Below the pieces are notes generated by a model. It made no database searches and was not told the origin of the DNA. It worked only from the letters and a program-made list of their open reading frames with translations. The position numbers were made by a program, and so were the translations under genes. A DNA stretch of 64,000 nucleotides from Macrostomum hystrix (lineage: Eukaryota; Animalia; Platyhelminthes). Below are positions 36,101 to 48,590 of this stretch, piece after piece. How positions within the stretch are numbered: the stretch's first letter is position 1; each line of letters opens with the position of its first letter. Where the stretch lies: contig CATNEN010000029.1 of assembly GCA_950097015.1 (NCBI GenBank), positions 4,898,001 through 4,962,000 on the forward strand, in the 5' to 3' direction.

Positions 36101-38855
36101 CGAAGATCCATACAAGGCACTATAATCATTGGTTTGTACTTTATCGGTTTGTACTTTATCGGTTTGTACTTTATCGGTTTGTACTTTATCGGTTTTTACT
36201 TTATCGGTTTGTTTTTTATTGGTTTGTATTTTATCAGTTTGTACTTTATCGTTTTGTACTATATCGGTTTGTACTTTATCGGTTTGTACTGTATCGGTTT
36301 GCACTTTATTAATATGTATTCATTTTTAGGTTCTTTTTGCTCATTGTGTTTTTTGTTTTCAGAAATTTTGCTAACAAATTATCCTCATTGAAGATATCTA
36401 GGAGAAATGTTTTATTTAATTTTACGATTACACAATAATTAAAACAAAACTTTCAAATTTGGCAGCAATTCAAACTGTACGACGAACAGCGCCTATCGCC
36501 AGCAAAGGTTGTGGAGATTCTGTCAGCCGACGACGATTTTATCTCCGATGGACAGTTTCTACTTCTCGACAGAGAGGTGAGGAGACAGATGGCCATCAAA
36601 TAGAAACGATTACAGCAAATGCAGGCAGAACAATGCGAAGGTTGGAAAGGAGAGTTTCAAATAAATGTAACAGCTGAATATTCTTTCAGATGACCTTCCT
36701 GGAGTTTTTCGAGGGTCTCATCGGCTGCGCCGCAGCTGCCGTTGCCGTCAGTACTCCAGCTGAGGCGGCCGCAGCCGCCGCAGCAGCCGCCGCCGCAGCA
36801 GCCGCCGGTGGCGGAGTAGCCGTCGAGTCGAGCCCAGCGTCGACCGCTTTGGTACCTGCGGTGGCCACGGGTCCAGCGGAGACAACTGCGGCTGCCGTGG
36901 CCACTGCTTTGGCTTCAACAAACGCGGGAGCGACTCCGGTTGCTAAGGTAACCAATGAACCGCCACCGCTGCCAGACGAGAACTACTTGCTGACGCCGCC
37001 GGAGCCGCCAACGGAGTCGACATCCGAGGCTGGCGACGCTGCCGCGGCGACTGGCGGCGACGAGACGCCGAAATCGCCGATCGATCCGCAGCATCACAAA
37101 TCGAAGGCCAGCGATGGTGGGCGCACGGACAGAGGCGGCGCTGCCAGTGGCGGCGTCGGCGGAGGCGCCGCGGGCGGCGGTAGCGGAGCGGCGGCGGGCG
37201 CGTCGGGTAGCGGCGCCACAGGCGCTGGCGCTGGCGGCGGCAGCGGAGCGGGCGGTCGCGCTGGTGCCAGCGGTGGCGGCGGAAACCTTCGGGCACCACC
37301 CGCCGCTGGAGACAGCAAACACTCGGCCAGGTGAGTTACAATAATGACTGTTAATATCAAATTAGAATTCTGGTAATTCTCGCTTGATGAATAGTAAATA
37401 AATAAAGGTAATAATTGTTGTACCGGCTGTCCTGCTGAACACTGTAGGATCTGGTTGACTGCAAATTGAAGTCTTAGAATTCAAACGTAGCGTAGTAATG
37501 CTGTCACCAGGGCGTCAGGTCTTCTGCCTTCGGTGAGGTGAAGGGTCCTTGGCCTGAAAGGAATGAAGACACGTAGCCTCGAGAGTCGCACAACCGTGCA
37601 GTGACCTCCCATAGGGCCAGTGATGGAATCACGTGGTTTCTAAAAATAGCAACTGACGTCAGTGGCGTGAAAATGTCACTGCTCACAACAAATAAATTGA
37701 TTTAACAGGTGAAAAAATAAATCTAACAAGCCCTGACGGTGTCCATAGTACACGAAAAGCATTGGCATTAAAAACTAACTATAGTTTGTTGATTACGAGC
37801 GTATTACCTTTATTTATTGCCTTGTTGGGAGGTTGTAGCCTAGTCGTTAGGGTACGACTTTAAGGTCGGAGGTTCGATTCCCGACCCCACTGGAACATTT
37901 TGTGTCCTTTAGCAAGACACTTAACGATCTGCATTGCTACAGTTTACTTCAGTTTTGTTAAATGGGTTAAATGGGTTATTTGTTAAATGTTAAATGGGCA
38001 TCAGTTGGGGTAATTGAGGGTGGGTGTGGCGTCCCCCCTGTCCATGGACTGAACAGCCGTACGCAGCCTTCAGATGCGCCGCGCAATAGCTGCGGCTGTG
38101 CTGTCGGCTGCACATCTGGCCCATTAGAGCAGGTGTAATAAATTATTATCATTATTACAATTATTGATTGTTATTGGCTTGAATACATCTTTAACACTCG
38201 TCATCTTGACGGTCATTCAAGGGACCGTCAGGCGCCGTCACGTGCCAGCCGCGACCAGGACAAGCGGTCCAACGATGGCGGCCCAGTGGCAGCTGCCGGC
38301 GCAGCGGGTCGGAAGTCGCAAAAACTGGCCGGCGGCTCATCGGGCGCCGCCGCCGCAGCGGCTGCCGCGGCCGCAGCTGCAGCAGCTGCCGCCGCCGCGG
38401 CTTCCTCCGAGGCCGACGACGATCTGAGAGACGCGTCAAGAGACGGCGGCAGTCGGGACGCCCTGCGCGTCACCTCGGAGGTTGAGACTGGCGGCGCGGC
38501 CCAATCGGAGCTGGAATTCCTCACCGAAGACGAGGCCGCCAACCTGGGCGAGGAGGAGAAGAAAGTCCTAATTGGCGAGCGGAAGTTCGAGCGCTGGCAG
38601 CGTCAGCTGGCTGTATTCATCGCCGAGAAACTGGTGCCCGCCGCAGAACTGCAGGCGATCATCTGGCAACGAATGGAAGCCCGTCAACGCCAGGAGTTTC
38701 TTCAGCAGCTTCAGCAGCCGCCGCAGTCGGATCTCCAGTCTGAGCAGCAGCAGCAGCAGCCGAACGGCACGGAGCTTGGCCAGACTGAGGATAACCAGTC
38801 CGTTGTTACGGACGCTGATGCCACAACGGACCGGGACGAAGAAGAGGAAGAATGA
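30149..38855 (+). CDS. RSPH10B: radial spoke head 10B-like MORN-repeat protein, 12 exons: 30149-30436, 31030-31101, 31526-31584, 31693-31804, 32544-32750, 33871-34314, 34687-34873, 34955-35075, 35739-36042, 36466-36576, 36690-37330, 38222-38855 (~1059 aa)
   Basis: Many MORN repeats (YEGEF.HG..HG.G.YTW); HIWYLKRAQGSQYMLRNIYEGDF, KLRKIYNYYATLG, FWRLMKDC and MTFLEFFEGL match recalled RSPH10B. Phases agree (3180 nt). The last acceptor (AAG, 38220-38221) is less certain. Confidence 0.85.
31141..31414 (-). mobile_element. SINE family 1 copy, RSPH10B intron 2
   Basis: Reverse complement of the 27305 consensus with a TAAT-rich tail. Confidence 0.9.
31870..32512. repeat. 22-bp minisatellite, RSPH10B intron 4
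   Basis: Unit CTGAGTGTCTGAGGTATC(C/T)TAC. Confidence 0.95.
33230..33862. repeat. 22-bp minisatellite running up to the exon 6 acceptor
   Basis: Unit CACAATTCACTCCTGAATCATC. Confidence 0.95.
34355..34650 (-). mobile_element. two truncated SINE family 1 copies, RSPH10B intron 6
   Basis: Two B-boxes on minus (GGTTCGATTCCC near 34605, AGTTCGAATCTC near 34385), with core sequence between them. Confidence 0.8.
35175..35440 (+). mobile_element. SINE family 1 copy, RSPH10B intron 8
   Basis: GGTTCGACTCCC, core and CAGATGCGCCGCGCA tail. Confidence 0.9.
35525..35700. repeat. 54-bp unit x3
   Basis: CCATGCCATCCACCCTATCCCAGCCTCCTAGCCAATCACAGTCAACCACCCAAT. Confidence 0.92.
36125..36310. repeat. 15-bp minisatellite, RSPH10B intron 9
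   Basis: Unit ATCGGTTTGTACTTT. Confidence 0.92.
37830..38140 (+). mobile_element. SINE family 1 copy, RSPH10B intron 11
   Basis: GTTGTAGCCTAGTCGTTAGGG...GGTTCGATTCCC, core, tail GCAGGTGTAAT. Confidence 0.9.
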
Positions 38856-39269
38856 GAATATTGGCGAAACTTGAAATTCGTTGAAATTAAAAAATAACAA
38901 AACTATCTTGCTGTGATTTTTCGATTAATAATAAATTTTCTAATTACCATGAAACCGTTTACTAATATATTTTCTCTTGTCTAATTGCTGGCTTTAGTAT
39001 TCAGCAAACTATAATCATGTTTCTGCTTCAGCTTATTCAACAAAATTGCCTTTTTTAAAGTAAATAAAACTTCTTAGAACTTCTTTGACCTTGATGTCAT
39101 GAGAAATTGGGGTGAGCGACAACGCGCTGAAGAAGAGCGCTTGTTTTAATAGAAAAAATGTAAGAGACAATTTTTTTGGCCAATAGTTTGCCCACACACT
39201 CGACGGAAAATCGACCTGCAGACGGGAGTATGAAAAAAAGTTGAGCAGTTTTTGCATTGTATAATAATG

Positions 39270-42200
39270 AATAATAATGGATAATAATGAAAGACACCAA
39301 CTCTAAATAAACACATTTTGGATAATAATGAAAGACACCAACTCTAAATAAATACATTTTGTATAATAATGAAAGACACCAACTGTAAATAAACACATTT
39401 TAGATAATAATGAAAGACACCGACTCTAAATAAACACATTTTGGATAATAATGAAATACACCGACTCTAAATAAACACATTTTGGATAATAATGAAAGAC
39501 ACCGACTCTAAATAAACACATTTTGGATAATAATGAAAGACACCGACTCTAAATAAACACATTTTGGATAATAATGAAAGACACTGACTCTAAATAAACA
39601 CATTTTGGATAATAATGAAAGACACCGACTCTAAATGAACACATTTTGGATAATAATGAAAGACACCAACTGTAAATAAACACATTTTGGATAATAATGA
39701 AAGACACCAACTGTAAATAAACACATTTTGGATAATAATGAAAGACACAGACTCTAAATAAACACATTTTGGATAATAATGAAAGACACCGACTCTAAAT
39801 AAACACATTTTGGATAATAATGAAAGACACCAACTCTAAATAAACTCATTTTGGATAATAAGGAAACACACCGACTCTAAATAAACACATTTTAGATAAT
39901 AATGAAAGACACCGACTCTAAATAAACACATTTTGGATAATAATGAAAGACACCGACTCTAAATAAACATATTTTGGATAATAATGAAAGACACCGACTC
40001 TAAATGAACACATTTTGGATAATAATGAAAGACACCGACTCTAAATAAACACATTTTGGATAATAATGAAAGACACCAACTCTAAATAAACACATTTTGG
40101 ATAATAATGAAAGACAACAACTCTAAATAAATACATTTTGGATAATTATGAAAGACACCAACTGTAAATAAACACATTTTGGATAATAATGAAAGACACC
40201 GACTCTAAATAAACACATTTTGGATAATAATGAAAGACACCAACTCTAAATAAACACATTTTTGATAATAAAAAAGACACCGACTCTAATTGGACACATT
40301 TTGGATAATAATGAAAGACACCGACTCTAAATAAACACATTTTGGATAATAATGAAAGACACCGACTCTAAATGAACACATTTTGGATAATAATGAAAGA
40401 CACCGACTCTAAATAAACACATTTTGGATAATAATGAAAGACACCAACTCTAAATAAACACATTTTGGATAATAATGAAAGACACCAACTCTAAATAAAC
40501 ACATTTTTGATAATAAAAAAGACACCGACTCTAATTGGACACATTTTGGATAATAATGAAAGACACAGACTCTAAATAAACACATTTTGGATAATAATGA
40601 AAGACACCGACTCTAAATAAACACATTTTGGATAATAATGAAAGACACCAACTCTAAATAAACTCATTTTGGATAATAAGGAAACACACCGACTCTAAAT
40701 AAACACATTTTAGATAATAATGAAAGACACCGACTCTAAATAAACACATTTTGGATAATAATGAAAGACACCGACTCTAAATAAACATATTTTGGATAAT
40801 AATGAAAGACACCGACTCTAAATGAACACATTTTGGATAATAATGAAAGACACCGACTCTAAATAAACACATTTTGGATAATAATGAAAGACACCAACTC
40901 TAAATAAACACATTTTGGATAATAATGAAAGACAACAACTCTAAATAAATACATTTTGGATAATTATGAAAGACACCAACTGTAAATAAACACATTTTGG
41001 ATAATAATGAAAGACACCGACTCTAAATAAACACATTTTGGATAATAATGAAAGACACCAACTCTAAATAAACACATTTTTGATAATAAAAAAGACACCG
41101 ACTCTAATTGGACACATTTTGGATAATAATGAAAGACACCGACTCTAAATAAACACATTTTGGATAATAATGAAAGACACCGACTCTAAATGAACACATT
41201 TTGGATAATAATGAAAGACACCGACTCTAAATAAACACATTTTGGATAATAATGAAAGACACCAACTCTAAATAAACACATTTTGGATAATAATGAAAGA
41301 CACCAACTCTAAATAAACACATTTTTGATAATAAAAAGACACCGACTCTAATTGGACACATTTTGGATAATAATGAAAGACACCGACTCTAAATAAACAC
41401 ATTTAGGATAAAAATGAAAGACACCGACTCTAAATAAACACATTTTGGATAATAATGAAAGACACCGACTCTAAATAAACTCATTTTGGATACAAATGAA
41501 ATACACCGACACTAAATAAACACATTTTGGATAATAAGTAAACACACCAACTCTAAATAAACACATTTTGGATAATAATGAAAGGCACTGACTCTAAATA
41601 AACACAATTTGGATGATAATGAAAGACACCAACTGTAAATAAACACATTTTAGATAATAATGAAAGACACCGACTCTAAATAAACACATTTTGGATAATA
41701 ATGAAATACACCGACTCTAAATAAACACATTTTGGATAATAATGAAAGACACCGACTCTAAATAAACACATTTTGGATAATAATGAACGACACCAACTGT
41801 AAATAAACACATTTTGGATAATAATGAAAGACACCGACTCTAAATAAACACATTTTGGATAATAATGAAAGACACCGACTCTAAATAAACACATTTTGGA
41901 TAATAATGAAAGACACCAACTGTAAATAAACACATTTTGGATAATAATGAAAGACACCGACTCTAAATAAACACATTTTGGATAATAATGAACGACACCA
42001 ACTGTAAATAAACACATTTTGGATAATAATGAAAGACACCAACTCTAAATAAACACATTTTGGATAATAATGAAAGACACCAACTGTAAATAAACACATT
42101 TTGGATAATAATGAAAGACACCAACTGTAAATAAACACATTTTGGATAATAATGAAAGACACCGACTCTAAATAAACACATTTTGTATAATAATAAACGC

Positions 42201-42345
42201 CACCGATTTCAAATAAACACATTTTGGTTAACAATAAACGCCACCGATTTCAAATAAACACATTTTGGATAATAATAAACGCCACCGATTTCAAATAAAC
42301 ACATTTTGGATAATAATAAACGCCACCGATTTCAAATAAACACAT
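39270..42345. repeat. 41-bp satellite (~75 copies)
   Basis: Unit TTTTGGATAATAATGAAAGACACCGACTCTAAATAAACACA; source of all the CLFRVGVFHYYPK ORFs. Confidence 0.98.
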
Positions 42346-42382
42346 TCAACTCCGAAAGTTCAAATTTTGTATAAAAAAACGC

Positions 42383-42542
42383 TTGGCTTAATTTAAAGAA
42401 TTAGTTGGAGTTTCTCAGAAAATTGGCTAAATTCAAAGAATTAGTTGGAGTTTCTCAGAAAATTGGCTAAATTCAAAGAATTAGTTGGAGTTTCTCAGAA
42501 AATTGGCTAAATTCAAAGAATTAGTCGGAGTTTCTCAGAAAA
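42383..42542. repeat. 40-bp unit x~4
   Basis: TTGGCTAAATTCAAAGAATTAGTTGGAGTTTCTCAGAAAA. Confidence 0.92.
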
Positions 42543-43035
42543 TCTTAGAGAATAATCCTTTGAAAAATGCCAAAAGACTGCAGTTAAATATTAAACACGG
42601 CAAACAAATCACCGTGACTAGGCTTCTTAAAATTCGCTCACGAAAACACGATCAGCACAAACCGATAAACAGTCGAGCCTGCGATGGAACATGCCGTCCA
42701 TGCGGTAGATGGAATAAGGACCACACGGACATGAAAACGATTTCACACTAGTGAAAAAATATTTGACATCGATGGGCCCTGCCAGCACCTGGCAGTCGTT
42801 CTCACGAATTTTCATCAATCAAAGTTGACATTGGGGAATTGGTGAAGTACATTCTAAATTGGGGTGGGTGCACAACAATTATAATTCGCTGGCACGTTTT
42901 CACTCGGATCAGCCAGTAGTTTTATTGGGCGCCATCGTACTGGTGTATAAAGAGACTGACGGGAAAATCTTACTGCTTGACAAATGATTTCAAATTCAAA
43001 GTCTGCAGAATTTTGAAGCTGTTCAACTTCAAGCA

Positions 43036-44676
43036 ATGAGGCTCTCCAGCACTGCTTCAGCTCTTCTGCTACTGTTCTCTATTTTTGGCTTGCATATCGC
43101 CGCTGCCACCAGTGCTAGCTACTACCGAGCTGACAGGTTGGCTAGCTTCGCCGACTCACCGACTAGAAGCTCGGCTGCCACTCGACTGGAGTGCGGCAGT
43201 CGTTGCTTGGCAACCAACGATTGCGCCGGCTTCGCTTTTTCTGCGACTGACGGCGTCTGCGGCTGGGGAATTCGGCTTAACTGGACTGCTAGCGGCGGGC
43301 TGGGCGGCTGGATGGGACAGGTGAGCTCATGGTTTGACAAGTGAGCTCATGGTTTGACAGGTGAGCTCATGATTTGACAGGTGAGCTCATGATTTGACAG
43401 GTGAGCTCATGATTTGACAGGTGAGCTCATGATTTGACTGGTGAGCTCATGATTTGACAGGTGAGCTCATGATTTGACAGTTGAGCTCATGATTTGACAG
43501 GTGAGCTCATGATTTGACAGTTGAGCTCATGATTTGACAGTTGAGCTCATGATTTGACAGGTGAGCTCATGATTTGACAGTTGAGCTCATGATTTGACAA
43601 TTAGCTTTGACAAATTTCACCTTTCAGACGTTGTACGTCAATCAAGCTGCCGCTGGCGCCGCTTTATCAGTAGCCAGCACGATTTCCACTGCAAGCATCG
43701 TTCCTAGCACTAGCACCAGTACCAGCACCAGCACCAGCGCCAGCACCAGCGCCAGCGCCAGCGCCAGCACTAGCTCAGCTGCGCCAATCACCACAGCTCC
43801 GAGATCGCCCTACTTGGCTTTCTGGGGCGGCGGTGGCAGAAATTTCGACTCGGGCAGGGCGCAGTGCAAGTCGCTGGGCTACGCGGATCTGATCTCATAC
43901 GACAACCTGATGGGCGGCTCGACTTTTTCTAACGAGTTCAACATCACTGCCGACCTGTTCAAGACCTACTCCAGTGAGTAGGCAGGCATGTTCACTTTCT
44001 CTTGATTATTTAGCTAAGCAATCTGGGACAAGCTAGTACTAGATGCTTGGAAATCCTCTTGTGTCTCCCAATGATAATACCTTCAGATCCCAATGCTAAT
44101 ACCTTCAGATCCCAATGCTAATACCTTCAGATCCCAATGCTAATACCTTCAGATCCCGATGCTAATTCCTTCAGATCCCAATGCTAATACCTTCAGATCC
44201 CAATGCTAATACCTTCAGATCCCGATGCTAATTCCTTCAGATCCCAATGCTAATACCTAATATTTCCCAACAATCTGCCTCGAGATACCGAAAACTTACT
44301 TCCACATCCCGATGCAATTAAGATCCCAATTATATGGCTCATGATCCCTATGATGTACCTCTACAAACAGTTCTTTGAGTTTAAAATCAAGGTTACACTT
44401 GAGCTATGTTTTCAGAGGTAAACAAAAGTACGCAGACTAATTTATAAACAATTGACAGCCTTCTCGGTCTACCTAATTGGTGCTCGCTACAACATTACCG
44501 AGTCCAAGTACAAGTGGGTCAGCGGTGTCGGCAGTCTCAATCCGGCGATGTACGCCTGGGCCTCCGCTGTTAACACCAGCATGCAGTGCGTCACTGTGGA
44601 CCGTACCGAGCCTCACTACATGCGGTCCGTGGCCTGTGACAACAATATCGAGGCCGTCATTTGCGAGCTCACCTAA
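43036..44676 (+). CDS. secreted protein: signal peptide, PAN/Apple-like module, Ser/Thr/Ala linker, C-type lectin-like domain; 3 exons: 43036-43320, 43628-43973, 44459-44676 (282 aa)
   Basis: Hydrophobic N-terminus; LECGSRCLATNDCAGFAF...C is a PAN pattern; F..GRAQCKSLG..L, YLIG...KWV, QCV...ACD....ICE is a CTLD pattern. Phases agree. Confidence 0.8.
43321..43600. repeat. 20-bp minisatellite starting exactly at the intron 1 donor (~14 copies)
   Basis: Unit GTGAGCTCATGATTTGACAG. Confidence 0.95.
44075..44260. repeat. 22-bp minisatellite, lectin gene intron 2
   Basis: Unit GCTAATACCTTCAGATCCC(A/G)AT. Confidence 0.92.
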
Positions 44677-44677
44677 A

Positions 44678-45306
44678 TGATCCCGATCCCAGATCCCGAT
44701 CCCAGATCCCGATCCCAGATCCCGATCCCAGATCCCGATCCCAGATCCCGATCCCAGATCCCGATCCCAGATCCCGATCCCAGATCCCGATCCCAGATCC
44801 CGATCCCAGATCCCGATCCCAGATCCCGATCCCAGATCCCGATCCCAGATCCCGATCCCAGATCCCGATCCCAGATCCCGATCCCAGATCCCGATCCCAG
44901 ATCCCGATCCCAGATCCCGATCCCAGATCCCGATCCCAGATCCCGATCCCAGATCCCGATCCCAGATCCCGATCCCAGATCCCGATCCCAGATCCCGATC
45001 CCAGATCCCGATCCCAGATCCCGATCCCAGATCCCGATCCCAGATCCCGATCCCAGATCCCGATCCCAGATCCCGATCCCAGATCCCGATCCCAGATCCC
45101 GATCCCAGATCCCGATCCCAGATCCCGATCCCAGATCCCGATCCCAGATCCCGATCCCAGATCCCGATCCCAGATCCCGATCCCAGATCCCGATCCCAGA
45201 TCCCGATCCCAGATCCCGATCCCAGATCCCGATCCCAGATCCCGATCCCAGATCCCGATCCCAGATCCCGATCCCAGATCCCGATCCCAGATCCCGATCC
45301 CAGATC
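44678..45306. repeat. perfect 13-bp array (~48 copies)
   Basis: Unit CCCAGATCCCGAT; the 13-aa ORF periodicity confirms the 13-bp unit. Confidence 0.98.
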
Positions 45307-47892
45307 AGACACGTAATTTTTTTAATGAGCGGCAGAATTTTCTTATCGAACAATGCATCGTGTTTCAGAATGGAAAGTTTATATTATATTTTAATTGTGA
45401 GAATTTATCAATGATATGCTTATGGCACTACTCACTAGTAGAGGTGTGCGGCTTATCATATTCGAGCGTATATTTGAGAATAAATTTCCGTTCGACTTTC
45501 TCTGCCAACCCCAGCCAGCTGATTGAGATCTGCTCATGCAGTGGCAGTCTGCTGAATTAGGGCTGAAAAAAACGGTTCGTTTTTCACTGCTGATTCCGTT
45601 TCCGAGCCCCGCTACAAGACTAACATTGCGACGTCTCAATTCAACATCCTGCATGGAGACGATAGCCAGAACTCAGATTAAAATCTTCCATTGTGGGGAA
45701 TTCTATTGAGTTGGGGAGAGTTGGGGAGTTGCGGACTACAATGCGATTCTCTCGCAGCAGCATAGAGATCAGCGAGATGAGATGGAGTGAGTTGTCAGGG
45801 AATACCAATTCGCTCAGCAACCAGAGCATCTAACAAAAAGAGGCTAGACAAAGGCGTTGAAAGATTCTATTTGATCATAAAATCTTCTTCTTCTTCTTCT
45901 TAAGTCACGAATTTGGGATTTGAAAATAGGAATAACTAGGAATGATTCTTGAGACGGTTCTTGACTTTTATCCCATTGTCACTGAGCTGGCCTAGCAACC
46001 AACAAAAAAATAAGGAAGAGAATGCTATCTGAGCACATCCCGCATTCCACATGGCTCACACCTGTAGAATCATCGAGAACAACTCTCCCACCTTCCATCT
46101 GTCCCGACTGAAAAGGTTTTTGGAATCTATTTTCACTAGAAAATGAGTCCACAGTTCCTTAGTTCAGTTTGAGCTGAGTTTCCTTTAATAATGACCAAGA
46201 AATATGGAATTAAATTTAATATTTTTTTATTCAGTTTCTAAGCAGTCGCGGTCACGTTCGAGTTATTTTTCACTAAATATGATTTCAGATTTTTCTACAG
46301 TAGCACGTGCACCGTCAGTTCCGTGAACTCCAAGACACCAACAAAAGTCTCGAAGCATTCATAAATAGATAGACTGCTGAATTTATAATGCATGCCCTGT
46401 CTATTGTTATTTTGTCTACTAGAAGCAGACAGGCAACAAAAAAAGATATTCACTTTTTATTTCATCGGCGTGTGGTTATGTGGGATTTCACGAGTTGCTA
46501 AGCGGAACAAAGAATATAAGTAATAATAGGTCTATACACCCGGCAATTAATATTGATTTCTCTGTCTATTTTGTGTCTATATATTCGTTAGGGATTTTTT
46601 TGTTAATCTATCGATGGAGGAACCTACGAGTATAATCCCCCGGTGACCTCACAGAGAACATTGTCCTAGAACAAGTTCACTACATGTTAGCTGCTATTCT
46701 CAATTCTCATTAGAGCTGTGTTTTTTTGTTCAACTGAAACAATATGCGCTACTGCGAACAGATACGAGGTATGCATCGAAACTGGTCAGTTTGCTCGACA
46801 AAGGAATTTGGGTGACTTCAGATCCCTATTCAGGTGACTCGCAAGCTATAAGTAAGCAGCCTGTTACAAACTTGCTGTTTTTGCATGAATATTTAATTTG
46901 CCCTTCACCTCTCTGCACCGTTCATGATTGATTTTGATGGGGATATTTTCTGCCGCCCGCTTTGCTTCCTTGTTTTTTGTTTTCTATACCAGTTCATTTT
47001 AAAACTGTGAGGCATGGGCATTTTCCGGAACTGTGAGAGGTGGCTTGCGTGTCCTTTTGTCAGGGATGACTTCAGCACTGACGTCACTGAAGCACTTTGT
47101 GACCTCAAGTGAAGCCTAATTGAGATCAGAGTAACACACAAGCATAGATCAAGCCGCACACGCAAGACTTGCAGGGTACCATCTATATTATCCCTTCCTT
47201 ATAATAAACTGCTTCCTATGCAATTAACTAGCTACCCCCTAACTCCACCTTCCCGCAAAACCGCAACGTGTGGCAATTCTAAGGGTTAGATTTATGAGTC
47301 TGTGGCGGGAGGCGGGGATGACGTGTTATTGTCACTTGAGTTCTGCTGTGGAGTCACACACATACACACTCTCTCTCTCTCGCTCTTTGTGTGATCAAGC
47401 AATCAATTAAATTGTATTGCAGCGGCCGCCCACATGAACCTGTAGCTTTCAAAGATTGATGCAATCCTAGGTGTAGAGAACCAGAATAGTTTTTTTTCTG
47501 TTAATATTCGAATTTGAAGAAAAGCAGTTTCTTAGTATTTTAGTATCTGGGCTAGGTTGTTTTCTTTCTAGACAATAAACAATGCCCAGACTGCTCGGTG
47601 TGACATTTTTGCCGGCGACAAAATTAATCCCAGACAATTATGTACGCCAGCAGTTTACAGTTGGATATGGAAAGAAATGTCTGTTTTCTTTTAATCAGTT
47701 AAGCTTTGGTGTCGCGTCGACGCAACTTGTCGGTTAAATATAGCAACCAGTGTCCAATGATCGGTGTCAGATTGTAATCCAATTGCGCAAGCAGCTAAGC
47801 AACATTTAGGCTGTAGGATTCCCTTAGAGATCCCTAGCGCGGATTGCTGGGTGAGATAAACACTTTTTAGAAGAAAAAGAATAACACAATGG

Positions 47893-48590
47893 AAATGAGT
47901 CTAGGGACATTGAGTCCAGGGACATTGAGTCTAGGGTTATTGAGTCTCGGGTTATTGAGTCTAGGGACATTTAATTGAGTCTAAGGACATTTAATTGAGT
48001 CTAGGGACATTGAGTCTAAGGACATTTAATTGAGTCTAGGGACATTGAGTCTAGGGACATTGCGTCTAGGGACATTGAGTCTAGGGACACTGCGTCTAGG
48101 GACATTCAATTGAGTCTAGGGACATTGCGTCTAGGGACATTGAGTCTAGGGTTATTGAGTCTCGGGTTATTGAGTCTAGGGACATTTAATTGAGTCTAAG
48201 GACATTTAATTGAGTCTAGGGACATTGAGTCTAAGGACATTTAATTGAGTCTAGGGACATTGAGTCTAGGGACATTGCGTCTAGGGACATTGAGTCTAGG
48301 GACACTGCGTCTAGGGACATTCAATTGAGTCTAGGGACATTGCGTCTAGGGACATTGAGTCTAGGGGCATTGAGTCTATGGACGTTGAGTCTATGGATAT
48401 TTAGTCTATGGACATTGAGTCTAGGGACGTTTAGTCTAGGGATATTGAGTCTAGGGACATTTAGTCTAGGGACATTGAGTCTAGGGACATTGCGTCTAGG
48501 GACATTGAGTCTAGGGACGTTGAGTCTATTTATATTTAGTCTATCGATATTGAGTCTGGGGATAATTAGTCTCTGGATATATCTGATCAT
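47893..48590. repeat. 15-bp minisatellite with 20-bp variants
   Basis: Unit GAGTCTAGGGACATT. Confidence 0.95.
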
